Below, piece after piece: positions 39,569-48,391 of a DNA stretch of 64,000 bases. The position numbers and the translations under genes are program-made. Below the pieces are notes generated by a model. It ran no database searches, was not told where the DNA came from, and saw nothing but the letters and a program-made list of their open reading frames with translations. Numbering within the stretch: position 1 is the first letter of the stretch; every line of letters begins with the position of its first letter. The DNA is from Candidatus Limnocylindrales bacterium (lineage in GTDB: Bacteria; Chloroflexota; Limnocylindria; Limnocylindrales; CSP1-4): the NCBI GenBank assembly GCA_038239115.1, contig JBBSFD010000012.1, positions 3,347 to 67,346 on the forward strand, written 5' to 3'.

Positions 39569-39733
39569 ATGACTGACCCACACGACGGAGGCCACGGCGG
39601 CCACGATGCGGCTGGCGGCCACGACGAGGCCCTCGGTCCGGTCGACCTGGCGATGTGGGGCGTGGGCGTGCTGGGCGTGGCGGTTGGCCTGCTCGTGTGC
39701 CTGTGCTTCGCCTTCGCCACGGGAGTGCTCTAG
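39569..39733 (+). CDS. small His-rich single-TM membrane peptide (54 aa)
   Basis: ATG preceded by GGAGG. MTDPHDGGHGGHDAAGGHDEALGPVDLAMWGVGVLGVAVGLLVCLCFAFATGVL. Tightly wedged between two genes (49-bp gap upstream; stop codon abuts the fhs stop). Below the track cutoff. Confidence 0.3.
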   Translation: MTDPHDGGHGGHDAAGGHDEALGPVDLAMWGVGVLGVAVGLLVCLCFAFATGVL

Positions 39734-41440
39734 CTAGAACAGGCCGACGATGTTCCCGCTGGCGTCGATGTCGATGCGCTCGCCACCCGGAATCGAGGGC
39801 AGCCCGGGCATCGTCCGCATCTCGCCGATGAGCGGCGTCACGAAGCCTGCCCCGGCCGAGAGGCGGACATCGCGGATCGGGATGGTGAAGCCGCTGGGTC
39901 GACCCTTCAGGTTCGGATCGTGGCTGATCGAGTACTGGGTCTTGGCCATGTTCACCGCGAGATGGCCGTAACCGAGCTCCTCGTACAGCTTGAGCGCCCG
40001 GCTGGCCGCCGGCAGGTATTCGACCCCGGCCGCCCCGTAGACCTCGGTCGCGATGGTTTCGATCTTCATGCGCAGTGAGGCTTCGTCGAGGTACAGAAAA
40101 TGGAAGTCAGGCGAGCCGATCTGGGCCGTGTCCCAGACGGCCCGGGCCAGCGCCTCGGCCCCCGCCCCACCGTCGGTGAAATGGGTCGATACGAGCGCGT
40201 CGCGGGCGCCGGCTGCCAGGGCCACCTCCTGGATCGCGGCCACTTCGGCGGGCGTATCGGTGGGGAAGGCGTTGATCGCAACGACCACCTCCACGCCATA
40301 GCTCCGGACGATCTCGATCTGCTTAGCCAGGTTCTGGGCGCCCAGCCGAACCGCCTCGACGTTCTCCTCGAGCAGGGCCGGGTCGAGCGGCTTGCCGGCC
40401 ACGATCCGACCCACGCCGCCGTGCATCTTGAGCGCGCGGATCGTGCCCACGATGACCGCCGCATCCGGGCGCAGGCCTGACTGGCGGCACTTGATGTCGA
40501 AGAACTTCTGGGCGCCCATGTCGGCACCGAAGCCGGCCTCGGTGCACACGATGTCGTTGGTCACCAAGGCCAGCCGGTCGGCCAGGACCGAGTTGTTGCC
40601 ATGGGCGATGTTGGCGAACGGCCCGCAATGGACGAAGGCTGGTCCACCCTCGAGCGTCTGGAGCAGGTTCGGCTTGATCGCGTCGACGAGCAGCACGGTC
40701 ATCGCTCCGGCAACCTTGAGATCCTCGAGGGTGACCGGCTTGGCATCGCGGGTATAGGCCACGACGACCCGGCTGAGCCGGTTGCGCAGGTCGTGGATGT
40801 CGGAGGCGAGGGCCAGGATCGCCATCACCTCGGAGGCGACCGTGATCATCGTCTCGGTTTCGCGCGGGATCCCGCCATCGCGGCCACCCAGGCCGATGAC
40901 CACCTTGCGCAGAGCGCGATCGCTGATGTCCACGACCCGTGGCCAGGTGATCGTGAGGGGGTCGATGCCGAGTGGATTCTTGTGATAGAGGCTGTTGTCG
41001 AGGAAGGCGGCCGCCAGGTTGTGGGCCGCGCCGATGGCATGGACATCGCCCGTCAGGTGCAGGTTGAAATCCTCCATCGGGATGACCTGGCTGTAGCCGC
41101 CGCCGGCCGCTCCACCCTTGATCCCGAACACCGGCCCGAGCGACGGCTGGCGGATCGTGACCGCGGCCCGCTTGCCGATCCGGTTCAAGCCCTGGACGAG
41201 GCCCACGACCGTGGTGGATTTGCCCTCGCCCAGGGGCGTCGGGGTGATGCCGGTGACGAGGATGTACTTGCCCTTTGGGTTAGAAGCCTCCAGGCGCTCG
41301 ATCGCGGCCAGCGGGACCTTGGCCTTGCGCGGGCCGTACTGCTCGATCTCGTCGTCGCGCAGGCCCAGCTCGCGGGCGATATCGATGATCGGCCGGGGCG
41401 TGACGGATCGGGCGATCTCGAGGTCGGTGGGAAAGGTCAT
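39734..41440 (-). CDS. fhs: formate--tetrahydrofolate ligase
   Basis: Full-length FTHFS collinearity (TPLGEGKSTT P-loop, GGAAGGGY, FANIAHGNNS). Start MTFPTDLEI. The upstream part of the 1080-aa track ORF is artefact. Confidence 0.9.
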   Translation of the reverse strand: MTFPTDLEIARSVTPRPIIDIARELGLRDDEIEQYGPRKAKVPLAAIERLEASNPKGKYILVTGITPTPLGEGKSTTVVGLVQGLNRIGKRAAVTIRQPSLGPVFGIKGGAAGGGYSQVIPMEDFNLHLTGDVHAIGAAHNLAAAFLDNSLYHKNPLGIDPLTITWPRVVDISDRALRKVVIGLGGRDGGIPRETETMITVASEVMAILALASDIHDLRNRLSRVVVAYTRDAKPVTLEDLKVAGAMTVLLVDAIKPNLLQTLEGGPAFVHCGPFANIAHGNNSVLADRLALVTNDIVCTEAGFGADMGAQKFFDIKCRQSGLRPDAAVIVGTIRALKMHGGVGRIVAGKPLDPALLEENVEAVRLGAQNLAKQIEIVRSYGVEVVVAINAFPTDTPAEVAAIQEVALAAGARDALVSTHFTDGGAGAEALARAVWDTAQIGSPDFHFLYLDEASLRMKIETIATEVYGAAGVEYLPAASRALKLYEELGYGHLAVNMAKTQYSISHDPNLKGRPSGFTIPIRDVRLSAGAGFVTPLIGEMRTMPGLPSIPGGERIDIDASGNIVGLF

Positions 41441-42360
41441 GGACCGTTGACTCCAGCTTTGAGGGCCGATGTTGAGCGCGCCGCGCCGGCCTGGGCGCGG
41501 GCGGCCTGCAGGACGTGGGTCATGAGCAGGGCGTTGGTGACCGGGCCAACGCCGCCGGGAACCGGCGTGATTGCCCCAGCGACCAGGCGGGCCGAGTCGA
41601 AGTCGACGTCGCCCACCAGGACCTGACCGGCCGGGCCCCGATCGACCATGTTGATGCCCACGTCGACGACCGTCGCCCCCGGTTTGATCATCGCGCCGGT
41701 GACCAGCCCGGGCCTGCCCGCTGCAACCACCACGACGTCGGCCGTCGCCAGCATGACGGCGAGGTTGGGCGTGCGCGAGTGGCAGATCGTGACGGTTGCG
41801 TCCTCCCGGGTCAGGAGGATGGCCGCCGGCCAGCCGACCACGTTGGACCGGCCGATGACCACGACCTGCTTGCCCCTCAGCTCGATCCCCGAGCGCTTGA
41901 GGAGCTCCACCGCGGCCTGCGCCGTCGTCGGCACGAAACCCGGGTGGCCGAGCAGGAGCCGGCCGGCATTGAGGGGATGAATGCCATCGACGTCCTTGGT
42001 CGGGTCGATTGTGTCGGTCACGGTCGACAGTGGGATCGACTTGGGCAGCGGCATCTGGACGATGATCCCGCTGACCAGCGGGTCGCGGTTCAGCTCGATC
42101 AGGTGGTGTCGGAGCTGCATGGCCGATGCCTGACCCGGAATCTCGACGAGGCGACCGTCGATGCCGGCCGAGCGACAGCCGCGCAGGATCTGCTGGAGGT
42201 AGACCGCCGACGGCGCATCGGCGCCGACGATCACCACGCCCAGGGCCGGAGGGTAGCCGTGATCCACCTTGAACTGGGCGACCTCGGCCTGGACCGAGGC
42301 GCGAATATCCGCCGCGATCGGGCTGCCCAGGAGGAGTCGAGCCTCGCTCGGGTGGGTCAC
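41437..42360 (-). CDS. folD: bifunctional methylenetetrahydrofolate dehydrogenase/methenyl-THF cyclohydrolase
   Basis: GIIVQMPLP, VVVIGRSNVVGWP, VDVGIN and PVPGGVGPVT motifs of FolD. GTG start inferred at 42360. ATGA overlap with fhs. Confidence 0.85.
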   Translation of the reverse strand: MTHPSEARLLLGSPIAADIRASVQAEVAQFKVDHGYPPALGVVIVGADAPSAVYLQQILRGCRSAGIDGRLVEIPGQASAMQLRHHLIELNRDPLVSGIIVQMPLPKSIPLSTVTDTIDPTKDVDGIHPLNAGRLLLGHPGFVPTTAQAAVELLKRSGIELRGKQVVVIGRSNVVGWPAAILLTREDATVTICHSRTPNLAVMLATADVVVVAAGRPGLVTGAMIKPGATVVDVGINMVDRGPAGQVLVGDVDFDSARLVAGAITPVPGGVGPVTNALLMTHVLQAARAQAGAARSTSALKAGVNGP

Positions 42361-42365
42361 TCCGA

Positions 42366-43049
42366 TCAGGCGCCCTCGGCCAGCGCCGCGCGGAGCTCGC
42401 TCGAGGCCACCACCTCGCGGGTCGCCAGCGATAGCTCGTCGATCTCGCCGAGCAGCTCGCCGACCCGGGCCGACATCGCGCTGCTGAAGTCCGGATCGCC
42501 CACGGCAGGCAGGTTGACCAGCACGTTGGCCCCGGCCCCATGCGCAGCCGCCGTTGCGAGCAGGCAAGCCACGGCGAGATCGCTCGATGCGTTCTGGTTG
42601 CTCCGGCCGGCCAGGGCCTGGGCTGCCTCGACCACCTCGCGGCAGGCCTCGACGCAGGCCAACGGCACGTTCGAGGCAGCTCGGGCGGCGGAGCGCAGGG
42701 CCATCTTCCGAGCAGCCTGCTCGTCGTCCGTTTCCTTGGGCTGGCGCAGCGCGGCGGCGAAGACAGCGTACGCGGCCGCGTCGTCGTCGGCCAGGCGCAA
42801 GAGGCGCTGGGCAAGCTCCCGGCCGGCGGCCCCTGCTGAGGCGTGAGTAGCGGCATGGTCGGCGTACTTCGGCCGACCCTCCGACAGGGTCGCCACCATG
42901 GCCACCAGGCTCGCGGCCAAGGATGCTGCGACGGCAGAGGCGCTGCCTCCGCCCGGAACCGGCTCGGACGACGCAAGGGCCTCGACGAACCCGGCGACGG
43001 TCACGTCCGCGAAGCGCGCCGGCTCGGCCGATACAGGTCCGCTGGGCAT
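42366..43049 (-). CDS. formiminotetrahydrofolate cyclodeaminase / methenyl-THF cyclohydrolase family (FTCD C-terminal-like) protein
   Basis: All-helical protein. VAGFVEALASSEPVPGGGSASAVAASLAASLVAMV matches the cyclodeaminase domain signature. First gene of the cyclodeaminase-folD-fhs operon. Confidence 0.7.
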   Translation of the reverse strand: MPSGPVSAEPARFADVTVAGFVEALASSEPVPGGGSASAVAASLAASLVAMVATLSEGRPKYADHAATHASAGAAGRELAQRLLRLADDDAAAYAVFAAALRQPKETDDEQAARKMALRSAARAASNVPLACVEACREVVEAAQALAGRSNQNASSDLAVACLLATAAAHGAGANVLVNLPAVGDPDFSSAMSARVGELLGEIDELSLATREVVASSELRAALAEGA

Positions 43050-43199
43050 GACCGAATTGTAGGCGCGCCGGTTGCCGAGGCAGAGGAGATGTCTCGCAGG
43101 GCAGGCACGGTACCGGCGTGCCGCCCCGCGAGACTTTATGCCCGTCGACGACCGGGGGAGGGCCCGGTGCGCAGGCTCAGATGTTGGACCGAGCGCCGG

Positions 43200-43529
43200 T
43201 CAGGCGGCGATCCGGGACTCGGCCAGTCCTCGCGATTCGATCCGGTCGGCGGCCTCCACGACCCAACGCCTCGGCCGGTGCTGGTAGGTCACCTGGAAAC
43301 GCGCACGCGCCGTCTGGACCTCGAAGAACGAGCGCGGCCCGGTCTCGACCGGATAGGCCGATCGCTCCTCGCGGACGAGATTGTGCGACGTGATTGGCAG
43401 GCGCTCGTCGGCCCAGGTGATCTCGCGCGGCCGGCCATCGAACCAGTCGGTCTTGACGTGGACGTGCGTCGGCTCGACTCGGAGCATTGCCATTGGTCCA
43501 CTCCTTCCCAGACCCTTGGGCGGGCCCAA
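43200..43529 (-). CDS. small hypothetical protein preceded by two SOS (Cheo-type) boxes
   Basis: ORF ...MAMLRVEPTHVHVKTDWFDGRPREITWADERLPITSHNLVREERSAYPVETGPRSFFEVQTARARFQVTYQHRPRRWVVEAADR. Globular-looking, no recognised family. Operator pair sits immediately upstream. Confidence 0.45.
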   Translation of the reverse strand: MGPPKGLGRSGPMAMLRVEPTHVHVKTDWFDGRPREITWADERLPITSHNLVREERSAYPVETGPRSFFEVQTARARFQVTYQHRPRRWVVEAADRIESRGLAESRIAA

Positions 43530-43545
43530 ACCTGCAGCTTTGTGA

Positions 43546-43591
43546 CAGAACGTGTGTTCGGTATGCCTGACACTAGATCGAACATCCGTTC
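43546..43591. promoter_or_regulatory. two tandem LexA (Cheo-type, GAAC-N4-GTTC) boxes
   Basis: AGAACGTGTGTTCG and CGAACATCCGTTCG seen directly, about 18 bp apart. They lie between the dinB stop and the start of the small gene at 43529. Confidence 0.55.
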
Positions 43592-43651
43592 GGTGTCAAG
43601 AGCTCAAGCGCAGGATCATCGGCCGCCGCGTCAGCTTGCCTGTCACAGCGA

Positions 43652-44926
43652 TCAGGAGTCCCGGCGTGGCCTTGGCGGCGAGGGCGGATCGGCGTCCGAC
43701 ATGCCGGTGCGCCGCTCGAGCGGCTTCATCGGGTCGCGCTCGAAGGGTGCCGGGAGGCCTGAACCGAGCAAGCGCGCCCGGGTCACGGCCTGGTCGCCGA
43801 ACCTGCGCCGGACAGCGTCGGCGGCCTCGGTTGCCCGGCGCCTGCGGCCATCCGGTCCGGCCGACTCATCGCCGAACATCGTCAGCTGCTCGCGTTCGGC
43901 AAAACCGGAGGTGCCTACACCCAGCAGACGCACCCGGATCCCCTTGATCTCCGGCTGGGCCAGCTCGAGGGCCGTTCGCCAGATCGGCTCGGCCAGGTCG
44001 GTCGGCTCGGGCAGGGTCTTCTGGCGGGTAATCGTCCGAAACGACGAGTCCCGGATCTTGACCTGGACGGTGGCTGCCCGCAGACCGGCCGAGCGCAGCC
44101 GGCTGGCCACCCCGTCGGCCATGGCCAGGAGCGTCTTGTCGATCAGGGCCCGGTCGTTGGTGTCCACGTCGAAGGTGTGCTCGTGCGAGATCGACTTGGC
44201 CGGTCCCCCGTCGCTCACCGGATCGTCGTCGATGCCCTGGGCGCGCAGGGCGAGGGTCGCGCCGTGCTTGCCAAACCGACGGACGAGCAGGTCGGAGGGC
44301 AGGACGGCCAGGTCACCCATCGTGGACACGCCGAGCTCGCCCAGGCCGGCGGCGGTTCGCTCGCCGACGCCCGACAGGCGCCGGATCGGCAGGGGCGCCA
44401 GGAAGGCGGCCTCGGTGCCCGGCTCCACAACCACCAGCGCGTCGGGCTTGCGCAGGTCGGAGGCGATCTTGGCCACGAGCTTGGTGGTCGCGACACCGAC
44501 CGAGGCAGTCAGCCGGACCTCCTCGAGGATCGCAGCCCGGATCGTCCGGCCGATCTCGGGACCGTCGCCAAACAGGGCGTGCGAGGCCGTCACGTCCAGG
44601 AAGGCCTCGTCAATCGAGATCGGTTCGACCAGCGGCGTGAACCGCCGCAGGATCGCCATCACCTCGCGGCTGACAGCCTGGTATCTGCGCCCGTCGACCG
44701 GCAGGAAGACGGCGTCCGGGCAGAGCGCGCCGGCCGTCCGGAGGGGCATGGCCGAGTGAATCCCGAAGCGCCGAGCCTCATAGCTGGCCGCCGAGACCAC
44801 CCCGCGCTGATCCGGTCCGCCGCCGCCGACCACGACGGGCCGGCCGCGCAGCTCCGGCCGGTCGCGCTGCTCGACGGCAGCAAAGAACGCGTCGAGATCG
44901 ACGTGCAGGATCGTCCGGCTGGTCAC
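43652..44926 (-). CDS. dinB: DNA polymerase IV (Y-family)
   Basis: ILHVDLDAFFAAVEQ...GRPVVVGG and SIDEAFLD catalytic motifs (both Asp and the Glu present, so an active polymerase rather than an ImuB-like pseudo-polymerase). Confidence 0.85.
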   Translation of the reverse strand: MTSRTILHVDLDAFFAAVEQRDRPELRGRPVVVGGGGPDQRGVVSAASYEARRFGIHSAMPLRTAGALCPDAVFLPVDGRRYQAVSREVMAILRRFTPLVEPISIDEAFLDVTASHALFGDGPEIGRTIRAAILEEVRLTASVGVATTKLVAKIASDLRKPDALVVVEPGTEAAFLAPLPIRRLSGVGERTAAGLGELGVSTMGDLAVLPSDLLVRRFGKHGATLALRAQGIDDDPVSDGGPAKSISHEHTFDVDTNDRALIDKTLLAMADGVASRLRSAGLRAATVQVKIRDSSFRTITRQKTLPEPTDLAEPIWRTALELAQPEIKGIRVRLLGVGTSGFAEREQLTMFGDESAGPDGRRRRATEAADAVRRRFGDQAVTRARLLGSGLPAPFERDPMKPLERRTGMSDADPPSPPRPRRDS

Positions 44927-44964
44927 CGGTCCATGATGCGCCCGGCCGTCAGCCGGGCCGGGGC

Positions 44965-45411
44965 TCAGCCCTTGGGCTCGACCACCACGGTGACCTCGGG
45001 GGTCATCCCGGCCAGGACCCGGATTGCGACCTTGTAGGTGCCCAGGGACTTGAGCGGCTCGTCCAGGTCGATCTTGTGGCGATCGACGTCGATTCCGCGC
45101 CGGGCGAGGGCGTCGGCGATGTCCTTGGCCGTGATCGAGCCGTACAGCTTGCCGCCGTCGCCGACCTTCACGCCCATCGTCAGGGTTGTCCCGCCGATCC
45201 GGTTGGCGTTGATCTCGGCCTCGTCGCGTTCGCGCTTGCGCTTGTCCTCGCGGCTGGCGATGTCGTGCTGCCAGGCGCGATAGGCGCCGCCAGCGGCCGG
45301 TACGGCCACCTTCTGGGGGATCAGGAAGTTGAGCGCATAGCCGTCGGCCACCACTTTCATCTCGCCACTCTTACCGAGCGCGGCGACATCAGCCGTCAGG
45401 ATGACCTTCAC
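44965..45411 (-). CDS. rplI: 50S ribosomal protein L9
   Basis: MKVILTADVAALGKSGEMKVVADGYALNFLIPQ N-domain and C-domain collinear with bacterial L9. Confidence 0.9.
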   Translation of the reverse strand: MKVILTADVAALGKSGEMKVVADGYALNFLIPQKVAVPAAGGAYRAWQHDIASREDKRKRERDEAEINANRIGGTTLTMGVKVGDGGKLYGSITAKDIADALARRGIDVDRHKIDLDEPLKSLGTYKVAIRVLAGMTPEVTVVVEPKG

Positions 45412-45917
45412 GCGAGCGAACCCTCCTTGTTGATCCAGCTCCGGACCCGCGGTCCGATCCTGGTCGAGCGCAGCGCCCCTGCACCCAGGTCAATTGCCTG
45501 GGGGACCCGGCGGATGGCGCGCCGGATCGGGCCCGGCATGAGGCGTCGAATTTGGGCGACATCGCGGTCGAACTCCGAGCGCTCGATCCCGAGCACGTCG
45601 AGCTTCTCGACCAGGACCTCGTGCGGCACGCCGTCCAGGAACACGTCGACCGCCAGGACCATCACGACCAGGTCATCGAGCCCGCCGATCACCGGGATGC
45701 GATCGGGAATGAGGTCGGCCGGCAGGATCAGGTAGCCGAGCGCGCCGGCAAGGAGCACCTTGCGGCTCATCGGCGTGCGCTCGTCCATGACCAGCGCCCA
45801 CATCAGCCGAGCGTAGATCGGGGCGCGGCTGGCAACCGGCAAGAAGGCACTCATGGTCATGACCCGGCCGAATGCCCGGCCCGAGCCCCCGTGTGCTTTC
45901 GACTTCGAGCTTGCCAT
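45408..45917 (-). CDS. DUF1232 (YkvA-like) membrane protein
   Basis: LLAGALGYLILPADLIPDRIPVIGGLDDLVV is the DUF1232 core. Start uncertain (track ORF extends to 46124; internal MASSKSKAHG start preferred). Confidence 0.5.
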   Translation of the reverse strand: MASSKSKAHGGSGRAFGRVMTMSAFLPVASRAPIYARLMWALVMDERTPMSRKVLLAGALGYLILPADLIPDRIPVIGGLDDLVVMVLAVDVFLDGVPHEVLVEKLDVLGIERSEFDRDVAQIRRLMPGPIRRAIRRVPQAIDLGAGALRSTRIGPRVRSWINKEGSLA

Positions 45918-46044
45918 CTGTGGTCCTACTCCAGGAACTGCGTCCACCCGGCTTCGTCGATCCGGGACAGCGCAGTCTACCAGCGGCGTGCGACGAGGCA
46001 ACCAGCGGCAGTCAGGGGATGACACCAGGTGCCTCCCGGGAGCC

Positions 46045-46073
46045 TTGACAATCGAACGGACGTTCTGTACCGT
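46045..46073. promoter_or_regulatory. lexA promoter with embedded SOS box: TTGACA - at CGAACGGACGTTCT g - TACCGT
   Basis: Seen directly: -35 TTGACA, 17-bp spacer containing a Cheo-type box CGAACGGACGTTC (fits CGAACRNRYGTTYC), -10-like TACCGT, then AGGAGG RBS and the lexA ATG at 46093. Confidence 0.65.
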
Positions 46074-46092
46074 GCTCGTGACAGGAGGTCGG

Positions 46093-46743
46093 ATGACCAA
46101 GCACGACGCAGATCGCAAGCTCAAGATCGTCGACTACATCGCCGCCACGCTGCGCACCCGCGGGGTTCCGCCGTCGGTCCGCGAGATCGCGCTTGCCGTG
46201 AACCTGGCCTCCACATCTGCGGTCCACCATCACCTCCAGATCCTCGAGCGCGAGGGCTACCTCGAGCGTGGTGCGGGCCAGGCGCGGTCGATCCGGCTGA
46301 CGCCAACAGCCGCCCTCCAGCTGGGCCTGTCGAGCGAGCTCACGCCCCAGACCGCGGCGACCGAATCGCACCTCCTGCCGATCATCGGCGAGATTGCCGC
46401 CGGCGGTCCGATCGAGGCCTACCAGCGGGCCGACGAGACGATGGCAGTGCCCGAGATGCTGGCCCCCAGCGGCGACGCCTACGTGCTGCGCGTTCGGGGT
46501 GACTCGATGATCGACGCCCACATCGCCGACGGCGACTTCGTAGTGATCCGGCCGCAGTCCACCGCCCGCAACGGCGACATCGTGGTCGCCCAGGTCGAGG
46601 AGAACGCGGTCACCCTGAAACGCTTTTTCAAGGAGTCCGGCCGCATCCGGCTGCAGCCGGCGAACACCGAGTACGCCCCGATGTTCTACGACGACGTGTT
46701 GATCCAGGGCAAGCTCATCGGGGTGATCCGCCGCCTCGACTAG
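46093..46743 (+). CDS. lexA: LexA repressor
   Basis: N-terminal winged-helix (SVREIALAVNLASTSAVHHHLQILEREGYLER). AGGP cleavage site (IAAGGPIEA). S24 peptidase Ser (GDSMIDA) and Lys (TLKRF). Confidence 0.9.
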   Translation: MTKHDADRKLKIVDYIAATLRTRGVPPSVREIALAVNLASTSAVHHHLQILEREGYLERGAGQARSIRLTPTAALQLGLSSELTPQTAATESHLLPIIGEIAAGGPIEAYQRADETMAVPEMLAPSGDAYVLRVRGDSMIDAHIADGDFVVIRPQSTARNGDIVVAQVEENAVTLKRFFKESGRIRLQPANTEYAPMFYDDVLIQGKLIGVIRRLD

Positions 46744-46835
46744 GGCGCGGACCCGGGTGACCGGGCGATCTCCACAACCCTATCCACATCCGGTCAACTT
46801 CGGGCCGGGATTGGTGGACGGCACGCCATCGCCCG

Positions 46836-48296
46836 GTGCGGCTTGTTGATCGATCGGGCGGTCGAGCGACGACCATAGAAGCTTCCTCGCCGACCCGCCA
46901 TGACAGCCTGGTTGTCACGGCCGGCCCGCAGCCTGGGTGTGCCTTGATCGACCGACTTCCGCCCCAAAGCCTCGAAGCGGAGCAATCCGTCCTGGGCTCG
47001 ATCCTGATCGATCGCGATGCGATCGTCGAGATCGCCGAGTTCCTGCGGGCGGAAGATTTCTATCGCCAGGCGAACGGCTCGATCTACGCCGTGATGCTCG
47101 ATCTGTTCGAGCGACGCGAGCCGGTCGACATCGTGACCGTGGCCGAGGCGCTCGAGCGGAACGACCAGCTCGACGCGATTGGTGGCCGCTCGTACCTGGC
47201 CAGCTTGTCCAACCAGACCCCGACCGCGGTTCACGCTGTGCAGTACGGCCGGATCGTCGAACGCAAGGCGGTCCTGCGCAACCTGATCGCCGCGGCAGGC
47301 AAGATCGCCGGGATCGGCTACGAGGATCCGGCCGAGATCCAGGAGGCGATCGACCGGGCCGAAAGCGAGCTGTTCAGCGTCAGCCAGCGCCGGATCGAGA
47401 CGGGCTTCAGCAAGCTCAACTCGCTGCTCCACGACGCCTACGACCGGCTCGACTACCTGCATGCCCATCGGGGCGAGATCAGCGGCGTCCGGACCGGCTT
47501 CACCGACCTGGACACCCTCACGACAGGCCTCCAGAAGAGCGACCTGGTCGTGCTCGCCGCCCGGCCCAGCGTGGGCAAGACGAGCTTTGCCCTGAACATC
47601 GCCGAGCACGCCGCGGTCAAGGACGGCCGCAGTGTGGGTGTATTCAGCCTCGAGATGAGCAAGGAGCAGCTCGTTCTGCGGCTCCTTTCGAGCGTCGCCA
47701 ACATCGACTCGCAGCGGCTCCGGAGCGGCTTCCTCGAGGAGATGGACTTCGCCCGGATCGCGCCGGCCATGAACTCGCTGTCGGCGGCCCCGATCTACAT
47801 CGACGACACGCCCAATATCAGTGCGATGGAGCTGCGGACCAAAGCGCGCCGACTGCAGGCCGAAGCCGGCCTCGACCTGATCATCGTGGACTACCTCCAG
47901 CTTATGCAGGCCACCACCCAGAACCGCGACTCGAACCGGGTCCAGGAAGTGTCTGAGATCTCGCGCGGGCTCAAGGCCCTCGCCCGCGAGCTGTCGGTGC
48001 CCGTGATCGCCCTGTCGCAGCTATCCCGCCAGCCGGAGATGCGCGAGTCGCGCGAGCCGCGCCTGTCGGACCTGCGCGAGTCCGGGGCAATCGAGCAGGA
48101 TGCCGACCTGGTCATGTTCCTGTGGCGGGAGAAGGAGCGGGCCGGCGAGGAGCAGGAGTCCGACGGCGAGGTCATCAACCTGAAGCTGGCCAAGCACCGC
48201 AACGGGCCCACGGGCGAGATCAAGCTGTGGTTCAAGAAGACCCAGACCCGCTTCGTCAGCTATGCCGGCGAGCGCTACGCAGACGTCGCCAACTAG
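46836..48296 (+). CDS. dnaB: replicative DNA helicase
   Basis: N-terminal PPQSLEAEQSVLGSIL, Walker A ARPSVGKTSFALN, Walker B LIIVDYLQLM, arginine finger region. 486 aa, no intein. True start may be TTG about 46944. Confidence 0.85.
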   Translation: MRLVDRSGGRATTIEASSPTRHDSLVVTAGPQPGCALIDRLPPQSLEAEQSVLGSILIDRDAIVEIAEFLRAEDFYRQANGSIYAVMLDLFERREPVDIVTVAEALERNDQLDAIGGRSYLASLSNQTPTAVHAVQYGRIVERKAVLRNLIAAAGKIAGIGYEDPAEIQEAIDRAESELFSVSQRRIETGFSKLNSLLHDAYDRLDYLHAHRGEISGVRTGFTDLDTLTTGLQKSDLVVLAARPSVGKTSFALNIAEHAAVKDGRSVGVFSLEMSKEQLVLRLLSSVANIDSQRLRSGFLEEMDFARIAPAMNSLSAAPIYIDDTPNISAMELRTKARRLQAEAGLDLIIVDYLQLMQATTQNRDSNRVQEVSEISRGLKALARELSVPVIALSQLSRQPEMRESREPRLSDLRESGAIEQDADLVMFLWREKERAGEEQESDGEVINLKLAKHRNGPTGEIKLWFKKTQTRFVSYAGERYADVAN

Positions 48297-48371
48297 CGCT
48301 GGGCGGTCCCCTTGCGGTGCTCTGGCGCACCACTTTGGTCGGCTAGGTGGAGAGCGGTGCACTCGCTCCGT

Positions 48372-48391
48372 GCGATTCGTGCACGAATCGC
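48372..48391. repeat. perfect 20-bp palindrome GCGATTCGTGCACGAATCGC
   Basis: Self-complementary, seen directly, followed by a partial third half-site CGAATCGCC. In the dnaB / zinc-ribbon intergenic region. Confidence 0.5.

Noticed and set aside
39734-42976. 1080-aa minus-strand ORF
   Set aside because: Only the C-terminal 568 aa (fhs) is real. The upstream part is an Arg/Pro-rich read-through in a frame overlapping folD and the cyclodeaminase gene, which are in other frames.
42843-44759. 638-aa plus-strand ORF
   Set aside because: Antisense to dinB and the SOS-regulated small gene. Arg/Ser/Pro-rich. No domain signal.
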